A stretch of DNA of 64,000 bases from Amphiscolops sp. MND2022 (Eukaryota): positions 8,310,001 through 8,374,000 of the forward strand of contig OZ076409.1 in the NCBI GenBank assembly GCA_964187785.1, written 5' to 3'. This document shows positions 24,583 to 36,308 of this stretch, in pieces. The notes under the pieces are model-generated. The model ran no database searches. It was not told the origin of the DNA and was given only the letters and a program-made list of their open reading frames with translations. The first letter of the stretch is position 1. The number at the start of each line of letters is the position of its first letter. The position numbers were made by a program, and so were the translations under genes.

Positions 24583-26409
24583 TATGTTGAAAAAAAAACA
24601 GCTCCCAATGTAAAAATTGTCAATTTCAAGAAGTCCCATGATATTTTGGGAGCCTATCCCACACTTCTCATGGAGTTGGCGCTAGATCTACTGGCCATAG
24701 CGCCCAATAAATGGGGTCTAGAGCTAGTATTTTCAACCATGGGTTTCATTCATTCTGATCTTAGGAACAAACTCGGGATTGAAAAAGTTTCAAAACTGGC
24801 TTTTTGTCTTTGAGTTTTGAACGAATAAAACTTTTTTGAACAAAAAAGATTTTTCTAACCCTGAACAGACTTAAGAACTGGATGTTTTCTAACTTGAAAA
24901 GACCGCCCGGAAAAGCATCTTGCCTAAGCAACAAACAACCGAAATCCCTTCAGCCAGGGTTGGTAATTATACAGTTTTTCCAGAAATCATCTTTTACACG
25001 AGATTTTTTGATCTGAAAAAGGTAAAAAGTACCGAACAAATTGAACAGTCAGAAACTAGACCATAAGCAACTGTAAAGAAGTGTCTGAAAAACAAGAAAA
25101 AACTTTTTAAAACCGTTTTATTCGTTTTTTTCTTGTGTTTTAATCATAAATAAAACACTTGAACAACCTTGCCTTTAGCTGTTAAGTGAATCAAGTTATT
25201 TCAGCAATTATGTTTTAATATCTTCCACCTTTATATTACCATCCAAAATTCAGTTCGAGGCACCGCTTCTTCTCGCGTCTGCAGAATTGTGCCGCATTTG
25301 AATACAAAAATATGCTGCCGGCTATCTTTGATTGTTCTTCCAAGAATTTATGAAAAAAACTCGAACGAACCTCTCTTGAGACTTTGGAAGCAAATCGAAG
25401 ACGCCTTTGAAGTTTTACAGAAGTGTCAACCTCGGGACATACTTCTAACGACGCGATAATTCGAACACAAATGAATCAATTATCGGAGCAAGACTGAGCT
25501 AGATCAAGTTTTTAGTCTCGTTTTAATTGTCAGACCAAGTCTAGCCTTTAGTCAAGGCGCTCTTGTAAAACCTGCGTCATTGGTGAGAACTAGAAATCAA
25601 GGAAGCCCAAAATTGCTCCCGGGAGAAAGGATGCTACAATTGAACATGCTTCAAAAATAGGCCATTATATGGAAAACGATGGCGCCTTTTTTGGAAGGTT
25701 AAGGTAGCTAGGGGACAATAGTTGGCGAATGATGCAAGGCATCTTTTTACGTGAACAAAGTTCAAGATTTTACGAACATGACGGAGCCATTAGCTAGCTA
25801 AGGTTAAAACAATACACTCTAAAAGTGTAACTATTTGACTCAGTGAGAAGGCTGAAATGAATTTCTCTAACTTCCACGATACAAATCGGTGAGAACTAAA
25901 GATTGAATCTGTGGAAACGAGCTGGTGTTGTAGAAAACTTCCAAAACATTTCCTAAAAACTAAACGTTTGAGAATTTCTGTTGCGGAAACAAAGAGCATT
26001 TTCATTGATTCATTTACTGCTTTGCACACTAAAGTTAGAATCAGAGAATTCCAAAGCCCGTGACTTTCGCACCACCGCTAGCTCTAGTATTACTACTTCG
26101 ACGCATCAAAAAGCAGAAAGCGGGTCGCAGAGATATTGGTGTGAAAGTCTTAAATTTTGTCGCAATCAATGCTCCACTTCAAATCTTGACACGTTGACGA
26201 AAACTGAAGAAAAGTTCGGAACATAAAAACATAGGCGCTAAGGTTCTTTGCGCAAGGCTTGCGAAAAATACTTGTTTGACACCGAGTAAATTCAGGATAT
26301 AAATCACCTGCAACGCAGATAGTCTCGAGCATATAGGCATTAGAAGCCTGGATTGGCAAAACCGCCTCAATTCATCAATGATTAGTTTTTTTTAAAAAAA
26401 ATTGCACCA

Positions 26410-27180
26410 ATTAGCTACTCTAGCGAGATGAAAGTAGTTCCACGAGAGGGACCCAGGACTGCACCATGAAACACTAACCGAACCATGCCAGTACTTTGAA
26501 CAGTTTTAGAGATATTAAAGGCCTTCTGGCTGGAAATGGGATTATACGCTCAACTTTCCGAATTTCTTACAGAAAAGACTATGATGGAGCCTGCTCTGGT
26601 TCAATTTTCATGCGCTAGATCAGAGACAATTTAAAAATGCGTTTTTCAGTGGACAAAACTTTACAGCAGCAAGAATCAGCTAAAAGGCTAAAAAGTAGCA
26701 TTTCATCATTTTGGTTAGGAAATGTTTTAAGGAGCTACTTTAGCGAGATGAAAACAGCTCCACAAAAGGAACCCATGATTGCACCCGGAAAAATAATGGT
26801 GTATCATGTTAGTTTCTCGAATGGATTCGGAGGTTTGGCTGGAAATGAGATTATAAGCTGAACCTACCAAGTTTTTTCACAGAACAAATGATGAAGCTTG
26901 CTCTGGAACAATGTTTTAGCACTGAATTATGGGCCATATACTTCGGGCATTTCTTTGAGAAAGAAATTTTACTGCATCACGAAAACTCTCCGACATATAG
27001 GCCTTAGAAAACCAAACCAGCGAAAAAGTTGCATTTGATCAATGAACATCTTTATCACAAAATTAACAAGTAGCGAACCAAGGAGCAACGTTATTTGGAT
27101 TGAACCGGTTCCACAAAAGGCTCCGGGAGTGCTTCATGAAAAAGCATAACCCATCAGGTGATTAGCTCGAATGGTTCCGA
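26410..27180. repeat. Degenerate tandem repeat, period ~320-360 bp
   Basis: AGCTACT.TAGCGAGATGAAA..AG.TCCAC.A.AGG.ACCCA.GA.TGCACC occurs at ~26412 and ~26733, with a weaker third unit near 27105. Confidence 0.6.
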
Positions 27181-28419
27181 AATATTTCAGCTGTTCAATT
27201 TTACACTCGGTGTTGTCACAAGAATTCCCCATTGTCCGTGTTATTACCACCAAATTCGGTGTTTTCACAATTCAGGAGACTTCTAATTGAACTAATTTTG
27301 TTTACAAGATATCCGCGAAAATATGGGAAAATGTCAAAAAATAAAATCTTCTAAACTTTCAAAAATGTTTTGAAGTCAACTTGTCGAATCAGATGCATAA
27401 CGTGGTAATTGTTAAGAAGTTAATTAAAACACGATTTCGTACGAATAAATACACCATCTTTTGGTGTCTTCCTACGAGTCCGAAAGATCACGAGTCCAAA
27501 AATGAATTTTAATTCCCATGAGTCCGAAAATATATCTTGCACAAAATGAACATGGGTCCCCCCTTCGAGTTTTTTGATATTTTGCAACAGAATATATGTT
27601 AGTAAATTCAGAACGGTCCCCCTTTTACACTTTTCGGCACTATGCGACATTTTTCGAAATAAAAAATTCAAAAATTTCAAGTTTTTTTCAAAATAAAATG
27701 TCTTGCGCTTTTCGAGCCTTAGATATAGCGCCGCCTTTAGGCGTTCTCGTCTTGTTGAGTTTTTGTTGATGAATATTTCAATTTAAAATTCCGCGGGACT
27801 CGTTCTCTCGACGCGCAGAATAGTTGATTTTAATTAAACACCTGGATGAAGTTGCAAAATAACAGTGGAATACAAACAAAACAGTTCAACAATCTTTCGG
27901 ACTCGTGGGAATTAAAATTTATGTTCGGACTCGTGAACAGCAATCCGTCTTTTATTAGACGAGGGACTACTAAGTTCATTTCACCCATTCTCTAATTTAG
28001 AGGTATTTAAAAGAATAATTTTTACAAAATAAATGCAATTTGAGGCCTTTCATGTGGCGTTTTTATCCATGGCATGATGGCTTCTCAAGATGAGTTTTAC
28101 AAAAAGTTACAAAATTTTCACACGGAATGCTTTATAGAATGTTATGAAACAACACTGTTTTTTGCAGCTAAAAAATGAAGTTTTCCCCGAATCTTACCAT
28201 CAATGTACAAACGTTTGAAACAAATTGATGGTACTCCTGACTAAGTGTCTTCAGGACTAAAACTTATCCAGCCGGCCTGAAAACTCCTGACGACTAAGTG
28301 TAGAAGAGGTTAGCATAGAAAGGCATCGCTGATACTGGTGGGGGACTATTAAATCGTAGAATACTCATATTGTCAAAAAGTTTAATCTATTTAAAGCGTC
28401 GAAAGATTATTTTCAGATT

Positions 28420-29103
28420 TTATTTTGAAAAGGTTAGCATATTTGTTGTATGGCTCGGTCGCTTCGCTCCCTTCGCCAAGTAGCAACACTGAGGCATGGC
28501 CATATGGCACGTCGCTCCGCTTCGCTTCGCTCCTGCATTTAGGGCACTAGGGGTGTAAGAACCATGACCCATGGTATCTCTTAAATCTCCTACAGATCTT
28601 GAATCTTTCTTTGCAATTTTTATTTTAGGCCCGGGTGCGCTTTCCCTGTTCTCCTGACTATTTGGAGACGAACTGGCCTCAGTGTCCCTGTGTCCCATAG
28701 AGGACATCGAGTTTGCAATATTCTGGATTTCTGGAATAACTCTTTCAGCTATAGCTGTCGATATAGCCCCATTTATTTGGCTATGCATTATTGACATCAT
28801 AGATTCCATTTCTTGAGACAATCTAAGATTAAACTCACTTGAAAAGGCTTCAAAGGATTGCCTGACTTCGTTTTGTCTCAAAGGTTCATTTTCATGTAAG
28901 TAACCTCTAAACTCATTTTCATGGTACACATTCGTATCACCGTCCCCGTGGGCCGATGACTGATCTATTGCTTCAGCTAGCTCTCTTTCAATGGGATTGT
29001 TATTTTCATTTCCCAGCATCACATCTAGGTTATCATAGTCGGACAGTATGTCCATTTCTCTAGATCTCCTAGCTTTGGCTTTCTGTCGTCTAGTGGAAGG
29101 CAT
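28420..29103 (-). pseudogene. Duplicated Gag N-terminus in the 3' LTR, reading out into flanking DNA
   Basis: The first ~183 aa are identical to the 41459-43147 ORF. It diverges after ...GHGSY at the LTR edge (28554). Confidence 0.9.
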
Positions 29104-30113
29104 AAGAGATTATTGCAAGAGGCAAGAATTTAAATTAATATCTTGGGCTTGCAAAGTGAAAATGAACGGGTAGTTTTAATAAACAATTCGCAACAGTAAC
29201 ACATCAAAGTATCATCAGGTTAATTCTGTCTCCGAGCCCACCAGTCCCGGTTATATATATTTGAATTTGCATGACACTCAATAAAATGGTGGTCATAATC
29301 TAAAAATAGCCTTAAAGGCTTTCTAAATATAGCTACAATCTATAAATAGCAGGCAACGTCAACATTACATCATGTAGATCAAAGGTCCCTCTTGGCGGCA
29401 AATATGGCGGTGGGACCATGAGTCCGTTAGGACAAGCAACTGCTTACATGCGTACTAATCAACGTGCTACATGTATGAAATACATATTACATGTATGAAA
29501 TGCTTATTACATGTATAGATGGTAACTTTACATATATTCTAAATATATCGCGCAAATTACATATAAAGCAACACCATCAAACTAAGTCTAAAATATTAAG
29601 TCAGTCCTTTGAGGACTAATAGCGCCTTTTATTAGCTATCAAAAGATTAATTATTACATAACCAGTACTGCTAGATAGAATAGCACTCTCAATTAAAGCG
29701 CGGACTCAGTGTCCAATAGACTGGTACAGCCCAGCGCTTTATTAGCAGGCGGCATATAGCCGTCTAGTCTTTTAATTCTATTAAGCCAGCACGAGTAAAG
29801 GTTACATAACACTGCGCTATGATTGGATGACGAGTTAGTCGGACTTGCGGACCAAGGCGACAGGCAAGAAAACATTTGAACGCGTTTCCTTTACCTGTAC
29901 GCCTTGGTGTCCAATTAACTCGTATTAATGCATAGAATTACATAATATAACTTGCACAAAATGAAATATATAGAGTTTTACATGACTTTTTAGAGCAACA
30001 ATAATAGTTTTCCTTGTAAGTTTTCTAATTTAATGGAAGGGTGAAGGGTTCTGCTTTCTTGTAGCTATGGCAGATTGAGTATGTGTTGCCATCACAGGCG
30101 GACGCCTGGGACA
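28554..30113 (-). repeat. Element 1 3' LTR (1560 bp)
   Basis: Direct repeat of 42598-44157 (offset 14044). No difference was seen by eye. Confidence 0.97.
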
Positions 30114-31068
30114 CTCCCCCTGGAATAAGCATAAAGCAGCCCACCTTCATTCCTTCCAAGAAGGCTAGTCGTCTCGCATTGAACTGCTTGGCGGATTCTC
30201 CTCGGACGGACGTCTTGTGTAGATAATCTATGACCGCTTCGTCCTGAATCTGTTCCACAGATTTTCCACACACGAGACAATCTGTGCACCCTGTAATATA
30301 CGGGTTATCTGCTGCGGTCGGTCCACGGAAGTGAATACCACCTTCGTGTCGTTGGGAGCTGCCACAAGTGGCTTCCGCGGTTATCCTCCAGTCGCCCGTA
30401 GGATATTTATCAATTGCTGGGGGCGACATGGGTGTGTCGACCAACGGGATCAGTTGGCTGCACAAGTTGATTGGATGGTCGTTTCTAAGCCGTGAATCCC
30501 TCGCAATTGGTCCTCTGCCCATTCCCAGCTCAAAGTACCCAGCGTCGAACATCGGTCCCGGCACGTATGCAAGCCTGGGAGTAGTAGCTCGGGTCACTTC
30601 TTGCTTTCCTGAAGCTGAGGGGATTTGAATTCCTGCTGAAGTCGACGGCAAGTCCAGTTGTCTTTCCACACATTGGGCCAAGAGGGCCATTTCGTCGTCA
30701 TCAGACAGGCTCTCCAAGTCATCCACGGACGCCCTGCTTGCGCACTCCATGTCGTCGTCACTAGAGATGCAAATAACACCGTCTCCCGGGGCTGCTCCTT
30801 GAAAATCTTCAGGGTAATACTCAGGGGACTCTGAGTCAAATTGACTTGCAAGGAATTTATTCATTATTGCTTTTTTGGCAATCTTGGAAGTTGTTAGTTC
30901 TAGGTTTTGAAATTTGATAAGCAGCTGAATTTCGAGATTGAAACTGAAACAATGGCGATTTCTTCCTCCGTCGACTAGCGGGATTTTCTTCTCAGTTTCC
31001 CGGGGTTTTACGTCTCCCGAGAAGGATAAATTTTCAATAACAAATTCTATCTTGGTAATATCTTTCAT
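30025..31068 (-). CDS. ORF3, accessory protein of unknown function (likely start Met at 30864, ~279 aa); not env-like
   Basis: Open 347 codons. It is homologous to element 2 ORF3 (PMSPPA; CxxCG.S...I..E...DY; RGE; G.F..IP..VSQA..C.G) and has a SIM-like VICISSDDD. There is no obvious signal peptide or TM anchor. Confidence 0.8.
   Translation of the reverse strand: MKDITKIEFVIENLSFSGDVKPRETEKKIPLVDGGRNRHCFSFNLEIQLLIKFQNLELTTSKIAKKAIMNKFLASQFDSESPEYYPEDFQGAAPGDGVICISSDDDMECASRASVDDLESLSDDDEMALLAQCVERQLDLPSTSAGIQIPSASGKQEVTRATTPRLAYVPGPMFDAGYFELGMGRGPIARDSRLRNDHPINLCSQLIPLVDTPMSPPAIDKYPTGDWRITAEATCGSSQRHEGGIHFRGPTAADNPYITGCTDCLVCGKSVEQIQDEAVIDYLHKTSVRGESAKQFNARRLAFLEGMKVGCFMLIPGGVSQASACDGNTYSICHSYKKAEPFTLPLN
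30114..30121 (-). promoter_or_regulatory. Polypurine tract (AGGGGGAG)
   Basis: Purine run abutting the TG of the 3' LTR on the minus strand. Confidence 0.75.
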
Positions 31069-32138
31069 CTTTCCGTCTTGCCTTCTTTGATAACGCCGAC
31101 AACTGCCTTGTTGGCTTACATCAGTTCTGTCAACACCTCCATATTAAGAGTGCCGCTTCAAGTGTTTATTAACACTCAACAAGCACTTAAAAGATTCAAG
31201 AGGGTGAAGCTATGGCAGACGGCCACGCCGTCCATCAGCGTTTCTGATCAACCAATAGGAATGCAGCAAAATTTCTCTTGAATAAAAATGGCTTCCCAAG
31301 GTCGTAAATCCATATAAGGAATAATATAAAATGACCTGAAATTAAATAAAATCCTGGTAAAATCATGAAATATCTAATAAAATGGTAAAGTTTCGAAATA
31401 AGATAAATGGAAGAATGTAGATATTGCTGGCAGACTCTATCCACATAATAGTGTAAATTGTAAATATCTTGTAAATTTGACACCAAATTGTATAGCCACG
31501 AACTCCAACTTTGACATCTTGTCACATTGCCAATTCTCTTTTCAATTCATTATTTTCAAATTCTTTCCAGTTACTCTTTGTATTATCGTCCAGTATTTAA
31601 TCATCTCTAGTCTTTTAGTCTTCTAGTCGTATTTACTCCGTATTCATTTAAAGTAGTCATTTGTAATTTCTTCCAATTACGTCTTTTGTGGATTTCTTGG
31701 GTTATCCTAGGACAATCGACACTGAGTCCCTTTTGCTAATTCATCTTCAGCAATCTTTCTTGTCCTTCATCAAAGAAGAATTTGTCTTCTCTCTACAACT
31801 GCTGCTGTATTGTCACCAGTCCAGCTTCGTCATCCTTCTCTACTGATCGCTCAGCTTCCAATTCAGTGACCACCAGTCTAACTGTACACAGTACTCCCTT
31901 CTCAAGACATCCTTCTTTGCTTTCAAACAGGTCAGTAGCTTTTCAGGTTTTGTTTCTATTTTAGTATTGAATTAATCTGAGGCTTGATCAGGGCTCTCAT
32001 TTCATTCACGTACTTCCTGTCCCATAACACAAGTATTCACTTGAGTTCGAAATATCTACTTCCGGAAGATTTTTTAACGCGGTAATGGACTCTTTCTCAG
32101 GAAGTTATCCGCTTGAGTTTATCTCTTTCTGTTTAGAC

Positions 32139-35100
32139 ATGTCGTCCGAAGAGCAAAACGATATTGTTCCTGCCACCGCTACTACATCCATGATTGAAGA
32201 AGAAGTTGCCATCCCCAAAGAAGCTGGTACTAGTCAGGCCACTTCGATCCCTGTTGACCCTGAGTCCACGCAACTTGTGCCGCCAGGAGATGATCCTGAT
32301 AAGGCTGCTCCGACCCCAAGCCCTTCTACGGATGAAAGCATTTCCGCTTACATTGACCGTCAATTGCAGACTTTGGGTTGCCAGGGCCTTGGACTTGACA
32401 TCTCCTTCTTGCCCCCTACTACATCTGCCATTGTAGACAATGCACCAAAGTCAATCGCTGAGAAAACTTCTGAGTCGGAACCAATTCCCCAGGTCACGAC
32501 TGGGTCGCAAGACAAGGAGTCTCCTGAGGCTGAGATTGAGCGAGGCGGTGATGCTGCCAGTGAAGCTGGATTTTCCGTCACCAAGGCGGATTACTTCCAA
32601 ACTGATACCAGCGACACTGAAGAAATACTCGATAGTTCCGGTGCTGAGACCATCAAGGAACCACCTTTCGTGATTGCACTGGATGCGCTAAGCTCCACTG
32701 GGACTGAGACCCATGAGAATGTCAAGCCATCCACCTCGGCTGAGATACCTGGCACATGTTCTCCGAAGCTCTTCAGTCCAACCAGACCTTTATCTGCCTC
32801 TGCTAGAACGCTGATAAATCAGCATTTCAATGAGACCAACCCATGTATCCTCCCGGTAGGCCATGCGACTGTAGCCTTCAATCAGGGGCAAGTCCATTCC
32901 ATCTTGCGTGCCGTCTCCACGGAGACCATTACTTCTTCCCTTCATCAAATGAAGAACATGCTGGAAGAAGCGATCCGGGCAGGAATTCGCTCCCAAGGTA
33001 CTCCTCAAGGATCCGGGAAGCAGCGAATCAAGATCTTCCGTAAGCAGAGCGGCAGCCTTGGATCAGGTGCGGAAGACAGTGACGTTGGGACTGAGGGGTA
33101 CACTAGCGGAGCCCTCAGTTCGGAAGATGAGTTCGTCATCAATTCTCAGAGAACCAGCAAGGATCTGAGCATCAATCCTCCTCCAAGTCCTCCAGATCAA
33201 GGTTCGACATCAACACCTGGCCCATCGTCCGCACAGCAAGTCCCTAGTCCAGGATTCTGCTCGACTGACTATGAGCCTCTAGCCACATTGACCGCTGACC
33301 AAGCTTCTGCCTCAAGTCCACCTCGCAAACGTCGTCGGCTTCCAGTACGCACAGGCAAAGTAATGAAAGAAGCCTATTTCAAAGGAATTCAGTGGACTCG
33401 GACATTCGTCACTGGCCCCCTTGATCCAGAACACAACAAACATAAGTTCTACTGCCAGATATGTAAGACGAATGTTTCCATTTTCTCAAAAGGAGCCCGG
33501 GAGATTGTTCGCCATTTCCAGTGTGAGTCGCATTTTCGCAAAGACCAGCGCTGGAGATATGAGCACCTAAGGAAGAAGGACAAGGTGACTGGCCGGACTG
33601 TGTACGAAGTCAGGGGGAAGAAGGGCCAATTGTTGACCCCCTTGGAGCTTGAGAAAGAGAAGCCTTTCTTTATGCAAGTCCCTTTGGTCGAAACTGGCAG
33701 CAGTAACCCCTTCTACGAGGACCATATGGCTGGCCTTGGCTCCATCGCTGGGCAGGAGGAGATCAGACTGTGTGTTCAAATCTCCATGGTTGCTCTCTTC
33801 GCTCCCCGTTGTGGAGATCTAAACGTCCTTGAGTCGCTATGGTCACAGATTGGCACTGTTACCAATCATCAGAGTCTGTTCTCTCCTTACGATTGGGGCT
33901 CCTCCAAACTGACAGTAAGTATCGGCGGTTTCTAGCCTCAGGGTCCTTTAGTCCTAACGTAGACCCGACTCATTTTCATCCTGGTTGATTTTGTTTTAGA
34001 CGATCTTTCATCACATCTTCCTCTGCGGCATCGCTGACATCGCCTATCAAGTCAGTGTCACGGGTCAGTACTCTCTGGAGTTTGAAATGCGAGGCACCTA
34101 CAGCTTCATCTCGATCCGGTTCTGGAAGGGCGAATCCCTCAATGTCGTCCGTTTGCTACGATACCGGACTGCTTCAGAGCCTGCAGCTGGTTTCCTGTTG
34201 GTACTTTCCCGCCTCTTGTCCGTCCTATCAACGCAACCTCAGATTGTGAGCGTGTCCGGGTGTCCTGCAGAGGTGATTCCTCTTCTTGAACGTTCTTGCC
34301 TCTTCCAAAAAGGGATTGAGTACCCTTTCCGATTTGATGCTCTTTGTCTGCCAGACCTGATGCATGAACGATGGGGCAGCGTGTTTGGCAGTATCAGCTT
34401 CTTCTCTCAGTTGAAGTTTCTGATTACCTTCCTGGACGGTTGCGGTGGACAGCCCTGGGCCGCCCTGATGCCAGAATTCGTCAAGGTAAGGTCACTGTCC
34501 GTAAGACTGTAGGTCCAGTTTTGAATTGCCTCCAATAAGCATGTTGATTGTAGGCGATGACTACCTATCACCTGGAGATTGCCGCTGTACCAGCCATATG
34601 TTCGGAACTAATTGCGAACTGGAAGTCTGTGCACCAACATCTGACGAAGATAGCACCACCACAGGTCCACCAGGGGGTCAAAAACAAGCCCCAAAGCCTC
34701 GAGTGGGAAATCATAGCTGATGATTTCTTCACCATCAAGCTGGAGTTCTTCGCACGAATTGTCCGCGATTGTTAGTATATTGTTTTTTCTCTTGTCTACG
34801 GACCTCATGGTCCCAGTTTGTCTTACCACTATTTGAGGCTCATGCTAGATATAGTAGATTGACATGCTAGGTCTAATGGTTTCATAAAGACCCTTCAGGA
34901 TGGTAATGTTTTGTTTTCCAGACACCAAGAGCTTCGAGAGTCAGTTTGCGCAACGAAGGGATAGTGGCTTCTACACCTTCCGAGAGTTCCATACTTTCAT
35001 TCGCAAGTTGGCAGGTCGAGCACTACTTCCCAGACACGTGCCTGATATTCTGGACTGGAAGTCGCTGGGAGATTTGCAAGGACAGAATTGGCGACAACTG

Positions 35101-36072
35101 TCTAATCGAGATTTCTTGAGTCGCTTGAAGCTCAAAGAAAATTTGGATGCCGCATGCCATGCTCGCGTCAGGAGAATTTATAACGAGAAGCAACTGACGC
35201 CTGAAGAGACGGAGACAGCAGCTGAGGCCCTTCGGGACGATTTCGCCACCAAGGCCCGAGGTTACCTCGTCCACCTTTTGAAAGTCTTCCTGGCCGACAT
35301 TAGCTTGAATGCCCGTATCGTAAGAGGTCTGGGCAGTTTCGATCCAGTAGCCCTCCTGAGTCTGCCGCTTGAGCAAGCCACATACTGTTTCTCCGCTCTG
35401 TACAGATCCTTTAGTTTGCGAGGCTGGTTAGAGAATTCCCCAGAGACTGATGCCCGAGACGAGTACATCGATTTCGTGGAGTTCTTCCGCCAAGCCAACT
35501 CTGGAGTCAAGGATACCCCAGAGGTCTTCACCGACATGGTAGCCTTTCTGATTGGTATGCCTGAATTGAAGTTGCGGAAACATCTGTTCTACATCTTCCA
35601 GTTGAGTTGTCTGTGCCTGACTTCTAAGTTGCCAGAGCTTCCAGCCATCAAATTCTCTGGAGTTGACTGTAATGATCCCCGAAGTAGACTTTTCGATGTC
35701 ATCATGCCTGCACAGTCTTACCTAGCTAATGTGGCTAATTCAGTGGCTGTGTGCACTACAGAAGCTTCCCTGGGCACCTTCAAAGATCTGGAGTTCCGAT
35801 TCAGTATTGGCAACGTCCCAGGAGACCCTTGGTCACACGTAGACAGTTTCGGCAAGGCTAATTTGCATAAAACTTTAATTGCAGTCTACAAGGCTCTGGG
35901 CAAGAGTGTCCGTCCTGACATCGAGTCCGCTTCCAATTCCTCGTCCAAAGAAGGGGGGAAACAACGTAAGCTGTCCCCTGGTAAAGGCAAGAAAGTTGGC
36001 TTTCGGGCAGCTGGTGAGACTGAAGCCGCAAAGTCCAGTGATGCAAACGCTCCTGGAACTTCTAAATCTTAA
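32139..36072 (+). CDS. Spliced antisense gene, ~1209 aa: disordered N-terminus, NLS, BED/TTF-type zinc finger, inactivated hAT-transposase-like body. Coding exons 32139-33914, 34000-34485, 34554-34770, 34922-36072
   Basis: Three GT-AG introns join four ORFs in frame with no stops: 33915-33999 (GTAAGT..TTTTAG, phase 0), 34486-34553 (GTAAGG..TTGTAG, phase 0) and 34771-34921 (GTTAGT..TTTCCAG, phase 1). Motifs include W...FYCQICKTNVSI...G..EI.RH....SH and PPRKRRR. Confidence 0.88.
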
Positions 36073-36308
36073 ATGTACAAAGAGTACATTTGTTTCTAGA
36101 CTGTACTTGTTGTAAATTGCTTTATATTTATTTCTTCTTTGTTGCCTGTTTGTGTGGCTTTGTATTATTCGCCACTGAGTCTCTCTTTTCGTATATAATT
36201 AGTTCCAGTAATCGATAAGAAAAATCAGTCAGAGTAGTCCCAAGTAAAAAATAAAAGTCCTCAAGGGCTGGAAGTGAAGTAAAGGGACTGGTAATTCAAG
36301 TTTTCTGA

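Noticed and set aside
30025..31068. ORF3 as an envelope gene
   Set aside because: No evident signal peptide, furin site or long transmembrane segment; the N-terminal half is acidic and disordered.
32085..33935. 616-aa ORF as a stand-alone gene starting at 32085
   Set aside because: A splice acceptor (TTTCTGTTTAG, 32136) precedes the ATG at 32139 and a strong donor lies at 33915. It is better explained as one exon of the spliced gene.
36120..36260. AATAAA hexamers on both strands between the convergent pol and antisense stops
   Set aside because: Plausible poly(A) signals, but expected by chance in AT-rich sequence. They cannot be supported without 3'-end data.
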